32,000 nucleotides of DNA from contig NZ_LN831039.1 in assembly GCF_001457595.1 (NCBI RefSeq), positions 6,951,268 to 6,983,267 of the forward strand. Direction: 5' to 3'. Within the stretch, counting starts at the first letter, position 1. The number at the start of each line of letters is the position of its first letter. A program made the translations under genes and the position numbers. Below, piece after piece: positions 17,209 through 25,803 of this stretch. Origin of the DNA: Mycolicibacterium smegmatis (GTDB lineage Bacteria; Actinomycetota; Actinomycetes; Mycobacteriales; Mycobacteriaceae). Below the pieces are notes generated by a model that saw only the letters and a program-made list of their open reading frames with translations, was not told the origin of the DNA and made no database searches.

Positions 17209-20200
17209 ACGCAACCCAGCCGCAGCGCCCGCCCGGGCCGCGGCGTCTTCCGCGCGGACCCGCGCCCCGCCGCAGGGCCGGGCAGGAGGAACTCTCCGAC
17301 GCCGCGGTGGTGTCGCGCTCGTGGGGTATGGCGATGGCCACCCTGATCAGCCGCATCACCGGGTTCATCCGGATCGTGCTGCTGGCCGCCATCCTCGGCG
17401 CGGCGCTGTCCAGCGCGTTCTCGGTGGCCAACCAGCTGCCCAACCTCATCGCGGCGCTGGTGCTCGAGGCGACCTTCACCGCGATCTTCGTGCCGGTGCT
17501 GGCCCGCGCCGAGCGCGACGACCCCGACGGCGGGGCGGCGTTCGTGCGCAGGCTCGTCACGCTGGTCACCACGCTGCTGCTGGTGACGACGCTCGTGTCG
17601 GTGGCCGCGGCCCCGGCGCTGGTGCGGTTGATGCTGGGCGACGACCCCCAGGTCAACGAGCCGCTCACCACGGCATTCGCCTACCTGCTGCTGCCGCAGG
17701 TGCTGTTCTACGGGTTGTCGTCGGTGTTCATGGCGATCCTCAACACGCGCAACGTGTTCGGCCCGCCCGCGTGGGCACCTGTGCTCAACAACGTCGTCGC
17801 GATCGCCACGCTCGGCGCGTACCTGCTGGTCCCGGGGGAACTGTCGGTCGACCCGGTGCAGATGGGCAACGCCAAGCTGCTGGTGCTGGGCGTCGGCACC
17901 ACGCTGGGTGTGGTCGCCCAGTGTTCGGTGCTGCTGCCCGCGATCCGCCGGGAACGCATCAGCCTGCGGCCCCTGTGGGGCATCGACGACCGGCTCAAGA
18001 AGTTCGGGGCGATGGCCGCCGCGATGGTGCTCTACGTGCTGATCAGCCAGATCGGGCTGGTGGTGGGCAACCAGATCGCCAGCGGCGCGGCCGCCTCGGG
18101 CCCGGCGATCTACAACTACGCGTGGCTGGTGCTGCAGCTGCCGTTCGGGATGATCGGCGTGACCGTGCTGACCGTGGTGATGCCGCGGCTGAGCCGCAAC
18201 GCCGCCAAGAACGACATCCCCGCCGTGCTGGGCGATCTGTCACTCGCGACGCGGCTCACGATGATCACGCTGATCCCGATCGTCGCGCTCATGACCGTCG
18301 GCGGACCGGCGATCGGCACCGCGCTGTTCGCGTACGGCAACTTCGGCCGGGTCGACGCCGGCTACCTGGGCCTGGCGATCTCGCTGTCGGCGTTCACCCT
18401 GATCCCGTATGCGCTGGTGCTGTTGCAGCTGCGGGTGTTCTACGCCAGGGAGCGCGCCTGGACACCGATCATCGTCATCATCGTGATCACGGTCGTGAAG
18501 ATCGCCGGATCGGTGGCCGCACCCCATCTGACGAACAACCCCGAAATGGTCGCGGGATATCTGGGTGCGGCCAACGGGCTGGGCTTCATGGCGGGCGCGA
18601 TCGTGGGCCACGTCCTGTTGCGCGCCAACCTCGACCCGCCCGGCGGACGGCTCGTGAGCCTCACGGTGGTGCGCACCATCCTGGTCACGATCACCGCGTC
18701 GCTACTGGCGGTGCTCGTCGCCGTGGTCGTCGATCAGCTACTGGGGGTGGAACAGCTGACCGTTCGCTTCGGCGCGGGCGGTTCGATGATCCGCCTCGTC
18801 GTGCTGGGGCTGATCATGCTCCCGATCATTGCTGGCGTGTTGATCGCGGCGAAAGTGCCCGAGGCACAGGCCGCGATCCGCGTCGTCCGCGGGCGGCTGG
18901 GCCGCTTCGGCGGCAAAGAAACCTCCGCCGTTGACGCCGCCGAAAAGGTAGCCCTGCAAACTAACGGTCCTGCTGTCCCGCCTCGGACCGCTGGTGCGGT
19001 CACGTACCCTGATCAGAGGAATTCTTCTCCCCACCGGGGGCCGACCACCCCGGCTCCCGGCTGGGTAGGGGCTCCGGCCTCCGTTGCCGGAGCGGGGACT
19101 CGGAAAGGATCACCGGTGACCGACGAATCTGCGGGCGGCCCGGCACTTGACGGGACCGCGACCACCAAGCTGCCCCGCCAGGCGCCCGACGATTTCCAGC
19201 CCGATGTCGCCGACGACGAGAGCGAGGCCGCGGGCGCGGAGCCGACCGTCGAGGAGACCGTCTCGCTGCCGAACGGTTCCGGGCGTCCGCCCGCCGATTA
19301 CGGCGGCGACCCCACGCGTGAACCGATCTCCTTCGCCCCGCCGCGTGAGCCTGCCGTCGAATCCGCGACCTCAGGTGATGACGTCCACCTGATCCCTGGC
19401 GCGACCATCGCCGACGGCCGCTACCGCCTGTTGGTGTTCCACGGCGGCCCGCCGCATCTGCAGTTCTGGCAGGCCCTGGACACCGCGCTGGACCGCCAGG
19501 TGGCGCTGACGTTCGTCGATCCCGACGCCAAACTGCCGGATTCCCAGGTGCAGGACATCCTGTCGCGCACGCTCAAGCTCAGCCGGCTCGACGTGCCGGG
19601 CATCGCCCGGGTGCTCGACGTGGCCCACAGCGGATCCGGCGGGCTCATCGTCTCGGAGTGGATCCGCGGTGGATCGCTGGCAGAGGTCGCCGACACCGCG
19701 CCGTCGCCGATCGGTGGCGCCCGCGCGATCCAGTCGCTGGCCGCGGCCGCCGAGGCCGCGCACCGCGCGGGGGTGGCCCTGTCGATCGACCATCCCAGCC
19801 GCGTGCGCGTGAGCATCGAGGGCGACGTCGCCCTCGCCTTCCCCGCGACGCTGCCCGACGCCACACCCGACGACGACATCCGCGGTATCGGCGCGGCGCT
19901 GTATGCGCTGCTGGTCAACCGGTGGCCGCTGCCCGAGTCCGGAGAGCCCAGCGGCCTCGAACCCGCAGCGCTCGACGCGGCCGGTCAACCGGTCGAACCG
20001 CGCGCCGTCGACCGCGACATCCCGTTCCAGATCTCGGCCGCCGCGGCCAGGGCCGTGCAGCCCGGCGGCGGCATCCGCAGCGCGCCGACACTGCTGAACC
20101 TGCTGCAGCAGGCCACCGCGATCGCCGACCGCACCGAACTTCTCGAATCGGTCGAACAGACGCCCGCCGCAGCCGCCGCGACCCCGCACACCGACGGCGC

Positions 20201-20855
20201 CGACGCCGAGGCGCGGCGACGCCGTGCCCTCATCGTGGGTCTGTCCGCGGGTGCGGCGATCATCGTCGTCGCGCTGGTGGTGATGGCGACGATCCTCAGC
20301 CGGATCTTCGGCGACGTGGGCGGCGGGATCAACCGTGATCAGCTCGGGCTCAACGCGCCGAGCTCGGAAACCGAGTCCGAGGGCGGCGACACCGCCGCAG
20401 CCGGCGCCACGGTGAAACCCGTTCGCGCGACGGTGTTCTCGCCCGAGGGTGAAGCCGACAACCCCGGTCAGGCCGAACTCGCGATCGACGGCAGCAGCAG
20501 CACCATGTGGTCCACCGACACCTATTCCGATCCGGTGCCGTTCCCCGGGTTCAAGAACGGTGTCGGCCTGATCCTGCAGTTGCCCCAGCCCACGGTGATC
20601 GGATCGGTGGATCTCAACGTCACCAGCACGGGCACCGCGGTGCAACTGCGTGCGGCCAACAGCAACTCGCCGTCCTCGCTGTCGGACACCACCGAGCTGA
20701 CGTCGCCGACCACGCTCAAGACCGGGTCCAACACCATCTCGGTGGGGCGTGCGGCGCCGACGCAGTATCTGCTGGTGTGGATCTCGACGCTGGGCACCGT
20801 GGACGGCAAGAGCAAGACCGACATCTCCGACATCACGGTCAAAGCCGCCTCCTGA
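17205..20855 (+). CDS. murJ: Lipid II flippase MurJ (MviN) fused to an intracellular pseudokinase domain and an extracellular C-terminal domain
   Basis: ATG 17205 ([12 protein letters not shown]...) forms an ATGA overlap with the upstream stop. The MurJ/MOP core begins ...SRSWGMAMATLISRITGFIRIVLLAAILG and has about 14 TM segments. It is followed by a Pro/Ala-rich linker, a kinase-like domain lacking catalytic motifs, a single TM (ALIVGLSAGAAIIVVALVVMATIL) and a beta-rich C-terminal domain. This is the Rv3910 architecture. Confidence 0.92.
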   Translation: MNATQPQRPPGPRRLPRGPAPRRRAGQEELSDAAVVSRSWGMAMATLISRITGFIRIVLLAAILGAALSSAFSVANQLPNLIAALVLEATFTAIFVPVLARAERDDPDGGAAFVRRLVTLVTTLLLVTTLVSVAAAPALVRLMLGDDPQVNEPLTTAFAYLLLPQVLFYGLSSVFMAILNTRNVFGPPAWAPVLNNVVAIATLGAYLLVPGELSVDPVQMGNAKLLVLGVGTTLGVVAQCSVLLPAIRRERISLRPLWGIDDRLKKFGAMAAAMVLYVLISQIGLVVGNQIASGAAASGPAIYNYAWLVLQLPFGMIGVTVLTVVMPRLSRNAAKNDIPAVLGDLSLATRLTMITLIPIVALMTVGGPAIGTALFAYGNFGRVDAGYLGLAISLSAFTLIPYALVLLQLRVFYARERAWTPIIVIIVITVVKIAGSVAAPHLTNNPEMVAGYLGAANGLGFMAGAIVGHVLLRANLDPPGGRLVSLTVVRTILVTITASLLAVLVAVVVDQLLGVEQLTVRFGAGGSMIRLVVLGLIMLPIIAGVLIAAKVPEAQAAIRVVRGRLGRFGGKETSAVDAAEKVALQTNGPAVPPRTAGAVTYPDQRNSSPHRGPTTPAPGWVGAPASVAGAGTRKGSPVTDESAGGPALDGTATTKLPRQAPDDFQPDVADDESEAAGAEPTVEETVSLPNGSGRPPADYGGDPTREPISFAPPREPAVESATSGDDVHLIPGATIADGRYRLLVFHGGPPHLQFWQALDTALDRQVALTFVDPDAKLPDSQVQDILSRTLKLSRLDVPGIARVLDVAHSGSGGLIVSEWIRGGSLAEVADTAPSPIGGARAIQSLAAAAEAAHRAGVALSIDHPSRVRVSIEGDVALAFPATLPDATPDDDIRGIGAALYALLVNRWPLPESGEPSGLEPAALDAAGQPVEPRAVDRDIPFQISAAAARAVQPGGGIRSAPTLLNLLQQATAIADRTELLESVEQTPAAAAATPHTDGADAEARRRRALIVGLSAGAAIIVVALVVMATILSRIFGDVGGGINRDQLGLNAPSSETESEGGDTAAAGATVKPVRATVFSPEGEADNPGQAELAIDGSSSTMWSTDTYSDPVPFPGFKNGVGLILQLPQPTVIGSVDLNVTSTGTAVQLRAANSNSPSSLSDTTELTSPTTLKTGSNTISVGRAAPTQYLLVWISTLGTVDGKSKTDISDITVKAAS

Positions 20856-20943
20856 GCCGGTTATCCCCAACCGCGGGGTCCGCTGACCTCGCGGTTCGGG
20901 CGTGCGGCGAAAACTTGTGTCCTGCAGGTGCCCTGACACCGTT

Positions 20944-20949
20944 TAGGTT
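20944..20949 (+). promoter_or_regulatory. Candidate -10 hexamer TAGGTT, 6 nt upstream of the sigM GTG 20956
   Basis: TANNNT at 20944-20949; GTG at 20956. Confidence 0.35.
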
Positions 20950-20955
20950 CGGCAT

Positions 20956-21582
20956 GTGGGACGGGGAGAGTTTGCGGGGGCGGCGCACACGCGCTCGGAT
21001 GCCGAACTGCTCGCGGCCCACGTCGCCGGGGACCGGTACGCGTTCGAGGAACTGGTGCTGCGCCACCACCGCCAGCTGCGCCGGCTGGCCTACCTGACCA
21101 GCAACCACCTCGACGACGCCGACGACGCCGTCCAGGAGGCGTTGCTCAAGGCCCATCGCACCGCGGCCACATTCCGGTTCGACTGCGCGGTGAGCAGCTG
21201 GCTGTACCGCATCGTGGTCAACGCCTGCCTGGATCGCCTGCGCCGCAGCAGAACTCAGCCGTCGGCCACCCACTACGTCGAACTCGGCCACGTCAACCAC
21301 CTGCGCGATCCGGCCGCCGACCCGGCGCCGCGTGTCACGACGGCGATCACGGTGGAACGCGCACTGCTGCAGCTGCCGGTCGATCAGCGTGCCGCGGTGG
21401 TCGCGGTCGACATGCAGGGATATTCGGTGGCAGAGACCGCACGGCTGCTCGGCGTCGCCGAAGGCACCATCAAGAGCCGGTGTGCCCGCGCACGAGCCAA
21501 ACTGGCGCGCACGCTGCAGTATTTTGATGGCGATGAACCGCAGCCCGCGACCAGCGCCCATCGAGGAGCCGCTCACCCCTGA
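20956..21582 (+). CDS. sigM: ECF RNA polymerase sigma factor SigM
   Basis: 208 aa. Region 2 (SDAELLAAHVAGDRYAFEELVLRHHRQL...DDAVQEALLKAH...SSWLYRIVVNACLDRLRR) and region 4 HTH (QRAAVVAVDMQGYSVAETARLLGVAEGTIKSRCARARAKL). Closely resembles Rv3911 as I recall it. Confidence 0.9.
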   Translation: MGRGEFAGAAHTRSDAELLAAHVAGDRYAFEELVLRHHRQLRRLAYLTSNHLDDADDAVQEALLKAHRTAATFRFDCAVSSWLYRIVVNACLDRLRRSRTQPSATHYVELGHVNHLRDPAADPAPRVTTAITVERALLQLPVDQRAAVVAVDMQGYSVAETARLLGVAEGTIKSRCARARAKLARTLQYFDGDEPQPATSAHRGAAHP

Positions 21583-22270
21583 GCTGCTGGCCGACCTGCA
21601 GGCCGGGCTCCTCGACGACGCGACCGCGGCCCGGGTGCGCAGGCGCGTGCGCGACGATCCCGAGGCGGCCGACATGCTCGCCGCGCTCGAGCGGGTTCGC
21701 CGCGACCTCGCCGGACTGGGTGCCGAGCTCGACGCCGAGTCGGCACCACCCGTGCCACCGGAGGTGAGCGCCAAGCTGATCGCGGCCCTGCGCGCCGAAC
21801 GCCCGCGACATGCGCGCCGCTGGCGTCGCATCGGCGCGATCATCGGCGGCTGCGCAGCACTCGTCGCCGTCGCAATCGGGGCGGTCATGCTGCAGCGCCC
21901 GGCCCCGCTGTCGAAACCACCGGCGCCCACGGGTCAGTTCGGCCGCATCACCACCACACCGGTGCCCTCCGACCTGGGCCTCACCGAGGCGCAGGTGCTC
22001 GCGGTGCTCACCACGCCGCCCGATTTCGGCCCGCTGGCCGACCCGGCGCGGCGGACCGGCTGTCTGGCAGCGCTCGGTTACCCGCCGGGGATCCGCGTGC
22101 TCGGTGCACGCCCGCTCGACGTGGCAGGCCGGCGGGGGGTCCTGATCCTGCTGGCCGACGACCGGCCCGACACGCTCACGGGCCTCGTGGTGCCCGCCGA
22201 CTGCGCGGACGGCGCCACACCCACGCCGATCGCCCGCACGGTGGTCCGGCAACCGGCGGCACGCCCGTAG
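21527..22270 (+). CDS. rsmA: Anti-sigma-M factor (RsmA, Rv3912-like), single-pass membrane protein
   Basis: ATG 21527 (or 21533) gives MAMNRSPRPAPIEEPLTPELLADLQAGLLDDATAARVRRRVRDDPEAADML..., the conserved N-terminal sigma-binding motif. TM segment IGAIIGGCAALVAVAIGAVML. Overlaps the sigM 3' end by 50-56 nt in another frame. Confidence 0.8.
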   Translation: MAMNRSPRPAPIEEPLTPELLADLQAGLLDDATAARVRRRVRDDPEAADMLAALERVRRDLAGLGAELDAESAPPVPPEVSAKLIAALRAERPRHARRWRRIGAIIGGCAALVAVAIGAVMLQRPAPLSKPPAPTGQFGRITTTPVPSDLGLTEAQVLAVLTTPPDFGPLADPARRTGCLAALGYPPGIRVLGARPLDVAGRRGVLILLADDRPDTLTGLVVPADCADGATPTPIARTVVRQPAARP

Positions 22271-22309
22271 TCTTGCAGCAAAATGTGCGTCCGGTCCCAC
22301 ACCTTCGGC

Positions 22310-22336
22310 GGGAACAGCGCAGCATAGGCTGGCGTT
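22310..22336 (+). promoter_or_regulatory. SigH/SigE-type ECF promoter upstream of trxB (GGGAACA-N16-CGTT)
   Basis: -35 GGGAACA at 22310-22316, 16-nt spacer, -10 CGTT at 22333-22336. About 39 nt upstream of the trxB ATG. Matches the published actinobacterial SigH consensus (GGAAYA N16-17 cGTT); trxB2/trxC is a known SigH target in M. tuberculosis. Confidence 0.6.
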
Positions 22337-22374
22337 TATGACGGTGCCGGGAAATTTCCGGCGGAAAGGCCCAT

Positions 22375-23310
22375 ATGTCCACTTCACAGACGGTTCACGA
22401 CGTCATCATCATCGGTTCCGGCCCGGCCGGGTACACCGCGGCGATCTATGCGGCCCGCGCTCAGCTCAAGCCCCTGGTGTTCGAGGGCACACAGTTCGGC
22501 GGCGCGTTGATGACCACCACCGAGGTGGAGAACTACCCGGGCTTCCGTGAGGGCATCACGGGTCCGGAGCTGATGGATCAGATGCGCGAGCAGGCGCTGC
22601 GGTTCGGCGCGGACCTGCGCATGGAAGACGTCGACGCAGTACAGCTCGAAGGCCCCGTCAAGACCGTCGTGGTCGGCGACGAGACCCACCAGGCCCGCGC
22701 GGTCATCCTGGCGATGGGCGCGGCCGCACGCCACCTCGGCGTGCCCGGCGAGGAAGCGTTGACCGGCATGGGTGTGAGCACCTGCGCGACGTGCGACGGC
22801 TTCTTCTTCCGCGACCAGGACATCGCGGTGGTCGGCGGCGGCGACTCGGCGATGGAGGAAGCGACGTTCCTCACACGCTTTGCCCGCAGTGTGACGTTGA
22901 TCCACCGCCGCGACGAGTTCCGCGCGTCCAAGATCATGCTGGAGCGGGCCCGCGCCAACGAGAAGATCACGTTCCTCACCAACACCGAGATCACCCAGAT
23001 CGAGGGTGACCCGAAGGTCACGGGTGTGCGCCTGCGCGACACCGTGACGGGCGAGGAGTCCAAGCTCGACGTCACCGGCGTGTTCGTCGCGATCGGCCAC
23101 GACCCGCGATCGGAGCTCGTGCGCGGTCAGGTCGAACTCGACGACGAGGGCTACGTCAAGGTCCAGGGCCGCACCACCTACACGTCGCTCGACGGGGTGT
23201 TCGCGGCAGGCGATCTGGTGGACCACACCTACCGCCAGGCCATCACGGCCGCGGGCAGCGGCTGTGCGGCGTCCATCGACGCCGAGCGCTGGATCGCCGA
23301 ACAAGACTGA
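22375..23310 (+). CDS. trxB: Thioredoxin-disulfide reductase
   Basis: 311 aa. FAD motif [13 protein letters not shown], redox-active CATCDG, NADPH motif [12 protein letters not shown]. Confidence 0.96.
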   Translation: MSTSQTVHDVIIIGSGPAGYTAAIYAARAQLKPLVFEGTQFGGALMTTTEVENYPGFREGITGPELMDQMREQALRFGADLRMEDVDAVQLEGPVKTVVVGDETHQARAVILAMGAAARHLGVPGEEALTGMGVSTCATCDGFFFRDQDIAVVGGGDSAMEEATFLTRFARSVTLIHRRDEFRASKIMLERARANEKITFLTNTEITQIEGDPKVTGVRLRDTVTGEESKLDVTGVFVAIGHDPRSELVRGQVELDDEGYVKVQGRTTYTSLDGVFAAGDLVDHTYRQAITAAGSGCAASIDAERWIAEQD

Positions 23311-23343
23311 TACACAATAGTTTTCGACTGACAGGAGACAGCC

Positions 23344-23676
23344 ATGAGTGAGGACAGCGCGACCGTCGCGGTCACCGACGATTCGTTCTCCACCGACGTG
23401 CTGGGAAGCAGCAAGCCGGTGCTGGTCGATTTCTGGGCCACCTGGTGCGGCCCGTGCAAGATGGTCGCCCCGGTGCTCGAGGAGATCGCCGCCGAGAAGG
23501 GTGACCAACTCACCGTCGCCAAGATCGACGTCGACGCCAACCCGGCCACGGCGCGCGATTTCCAGGTCGTGTCGATCCCCACCATGATCCTGTTCAAGGA
23601 TGGCGCGCCGGTGAAACGCATCGTCGGCGCCAAGGGCAAGGCCGCCCTGCTGCGCGAGCTCTCCGACGCCCTCTGA
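23344..23676 (+). CDS. trxA: Thioredoxin
   Basis: 110 aa with WCGPC active site. AGGAGA Shine-Dalgarno sequence 5 nt upstream of ATG 23344. Equivalent to trxC (Rv3914) in M. tuberculosis nomenclature. Confidence 0.96.
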   Translation: MSEDSATVAVTDDSFSTDVLGSSKPVLVDFWATWCGPCKMVAPVLEEIAAEKGDQLTVAKIDVDANPATARDFQVVSIPTMILFKDGAPVKRIVGAKGKAALLRELSDAL

Positions 23677-23814
23677 CCCTCTCGGCGTCACATTGGGGGT
23701 CGATTAGAGGTCCCCAGGACGCGCTTGGCGTTTTCCGGATTCGGGTATGAGTCTGAGACAATGCTGCCTAGCTAGTCCGGCAGATTGCCGTCAACCAGCC
23801 TGGAGGGGCCCCGT

Positions 23815-25005
23815 ATGTCGAGTCTGCGTCGCGGTGATCGCGGCGGTGCGGTCACCGAGATTCGGGCAGCACTGGCAGCGCTCGGGCTCATCGAGAACCC
23901 CGACACTGACCTGAGCACGGGCCGCCACGTGGCGCTCGATGTGTTCGATGACGAACTCGACCATGCTGTCCGCGCGTTTCAGCAGCACCGTGGTCTCCTG
24001 GTCGACGGAATCGTCGGCGAGGCGACCTACCGCGCCCTGCGCGAGGCGTCGTACCGACTCGGCGCACGCATCCTGTCGCACCAGTTCGGTGCCCCGATGT
24101 ACGGCGACGACGTGGCGACGCTGCAGGCGCGGTTGCAGGACCTCGGCTTCTACACCGGCCTGGTCGACGGGTACTTCGGCCTGCAGACCCACAACGCGCT
24201 CATGTCGTATCAGCGTGAGTACGGGTTGTATCCCGACGGGATCTGCGGCCCGGAGACCCTGCGCTCGCTGTACTTCCTCGGCTCACGCGTCACCGGCGGG
24301 TCGCCGCACGCGATCCGCGAAGAGGAACTCGTGCGCCGGTCCGGTCCGCGCCTGTCGGGTAAGCGGGTCATCATCGATCCGGGCCGCGGCGGCTCCGACC
24401 ACGGCCTGATCATGCAGGGGCCCCACGGGCCCATCAGTGAGGCCGACATCCTGTGGGACCTCGCGAGCCGGCTCGAGGGCCGCATGACCGCGATCGGCAT
24501 GGACACCGTGTTGTCGCGCCCGCCGAACCGCAGCCCCTCCGATGCCGAGCGCGCCCAGACCGCCAACGGCGTCGGCGCCGATCTGATGATCAGCCTGCGC
24601 TGCGCGACCCAGCCCAGCCCCGCTGCCAATGGCGTCGCGTCGTTCTATTTCGGCAACTCACACGGCTCGGTGTCCACGATCGGACGCAACCTGGCCGACT
24701 TCATCCAGCGTGAAGTGGTGGCGCGCACCGGTTTACGTGACTGCCGCACACACGGCCGCACGTGGGATCTGCTGCGCCTGACGCGGATGCCCACCGTGCA
24801 GGTCGACATCGGCTACATCACCAATCCCGGTGACCGTGGTCTGCTGGTGTCCCCACAGACCCGTGACGCCATCGCCGAAGGTGTTCTCGCGGCCGTGAAG
24901 CGTCTGTACCTGCTGGGCAAGAACGACCGCCCCACAGGCACTTTCACGTTCGCCGAACTGCTCGCACACGAGTTGTCGGTCGAGCAGGCCGGCCGCGGCG
25001 CCTGA
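23815..25005 (+). CDS. cwlM: CwlM, N-acetylmuramoyl-L-alanine amidase-like peptidoglycan-synthesis regulator
   Basis: ATG 23815 is preceded by GGAGG at 23802-23806. Two PG_binding_1 repeats (AVRAFQQHRGLLVDGIVGEATYRAL; LMSYQREYGLYPDGICGPETLRSL) plus an amidase_3 domain (VIIDPGRGGSDHG...). Near-identical in pattern to Rv3915 as I recall it. Confidence 0.93.
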   Translation: MSSLRRGDRGGAVTEIRAALAALGLIENPDTDLSTGRHVALDVFDDELDHAVRAFQQHRGLLVDGIVGEATYRALREASYRLGARILSHQFGAPMYGDDVATLQARLQDLGFYTGLVDGYFGLQTHNALMSYQREYGLYPDGICGPETLRSLYFLGSRVTGGSPHAIREEELVRRSGPRLSGKRVIIDPGRGGSDHGLIMQGPHGPISEADILWDLASRLEGRMTAIGMDTVLSRPPNRSPSDAERAQTANGVGADLMISLRCATQPSPAANGVASFYFGNSHGSVSTIGRNLADFIQREVVARTGLRDCRTHGRTWDLLRLTRMPTVQVDIGYITNPGDRGLLVSPQTRDAIAEGVLAAVKRLYLLGKNDRPTGTFTFAELLAHELSVEQAGRGA

Positions 25006-25050
25006 GCCCTTCCGCGTAACCCCCTGAACCGCAACCTTTTCTGATTCAGC

Positions 25051-25803
25051 TCACGGGAAGCACGAACCTGCGCCCACCGGTGCCTCCAGGCGGGCGCTTT
25101 CCAGCAGACGCTCCAGAGCGGCCTCGACCTCGGCCTTCCAGCCCAGGCCCTTGTCGAGCTCGAGCCGCAGCCTCGGGAAGTACGGATGCGGGGCGACGAC
25201 CGTGAAGCCGACATCGGTGAGGAATCCCGCGTCGAGCATGCACTGCCCGACCGTGCAGTCCCCCAACACCTTCACTACCGGCGCGAGTTCAGGCGGCAGC
25301 GCCGCGAGGTCGTCGAGTTCGGTGAGCGCGGGCGTGTACGCGAATGCCTCGAGCGCACGTACACCGCGGCGCACCAGATCGGTGATCACCGCCGACAGCA
25401 GGCCGGCCGACATGTCCTCGGCGCATTCGGCCGAGTCGACGCCGACCGTCGTCAGCAGGATCGCGTCGGCGCTCACGGGCGCGGTCGGGAACAGCCGGGC
25501 ACGCGGCACCGACGCGGGCGGCGCATAGAACGCGTAACCCAGGCACGGCTCGTCACCGGTGATCACGGCGTCGAGGTCGTCCTCGAGATCACGGCCGCGC
25601 GGAGCCTGCACCGCGAGCTGACCGCACGATCCCCACTCGAGCATGACCATCGACAGCCATGCTTCCTTCTCGAACTCCGGATCGGCGAGATGATCCTCCC
25701 CCGCGACGGTGGACGGATCGACCTCCCAGAACACGCACCGGCGCGCATGCTTGGGCAGCTGCTCGAACCCCTCGAGCCGAAGCGGCGTTATTCGTGTCGA
25801 CAC
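25051..25803 (-). CDS. Conserved hypothetical protein, Rv3916c-like (possibly GNAT-like fold)
   Basis: 250 aa with GTG start at 25803 preceded by GGAGAG. Synteny between cwlM and parB. The sequence (...RCVFWEVDP...EKEAWLSMVMLEWGSCGQL...) has no motif I can assign confidently. Confidence 0.7.
   Translation of the reverse strand: MSTRITPLRLEGFEQLPKHARRCVFWEVDPSTVAGEDHLADPEFEKEAWLSMVMLEWGSCGQLAVQAPRGRDLEDDLDAVITGDEPCLGYAFYAPPASVPRARLFPTAPVSADAILLTTVGVDSAECAEDMSAGLLSAVITDLVRRGVRALEAFAYTPALTELDDLAALPPELAPVVKVLGDCTVGQCMLDAGFLTDVGFTVVAPHPYFPRLRLELDKGLGWKAEVEAALERLLESARLEAPVGAGSCFP

Noticed and set aside
20869-20896. 7-bp inverted repeat AACCGCG...CGCGGTT just after the murJ stop, as a possible terminator
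   Set aside because: The stem is short, the loop is 14 nt and there is no U-tract. That is too weak to call from sequence alone.
19371-20939. 522-aa minus-strand ORF antisense to the murJ 3' half
   Set aside because: High-GC antisense artefact with low-complexity Arg/Gly-rich translation. The murJ frame carries the recognisable pseudokinase, TM and C-terminal domains.
23785-23814. TTG 23785 as the cwlM start (track ORF start)
   Set aside because: ATG 23815 has a GGAGG 8 nt upstream and yields an N-terminus comparable to the M. tuberculosis CwlM I recall. The extra 10 codons have no support.
25006-25050. Weak inverted repeat CTGAA...TTCAG between the convergent cwlM and Rv3916c-like genes
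   Set aside because: The stem is only 5 bp, which is not distinguishable from chance.
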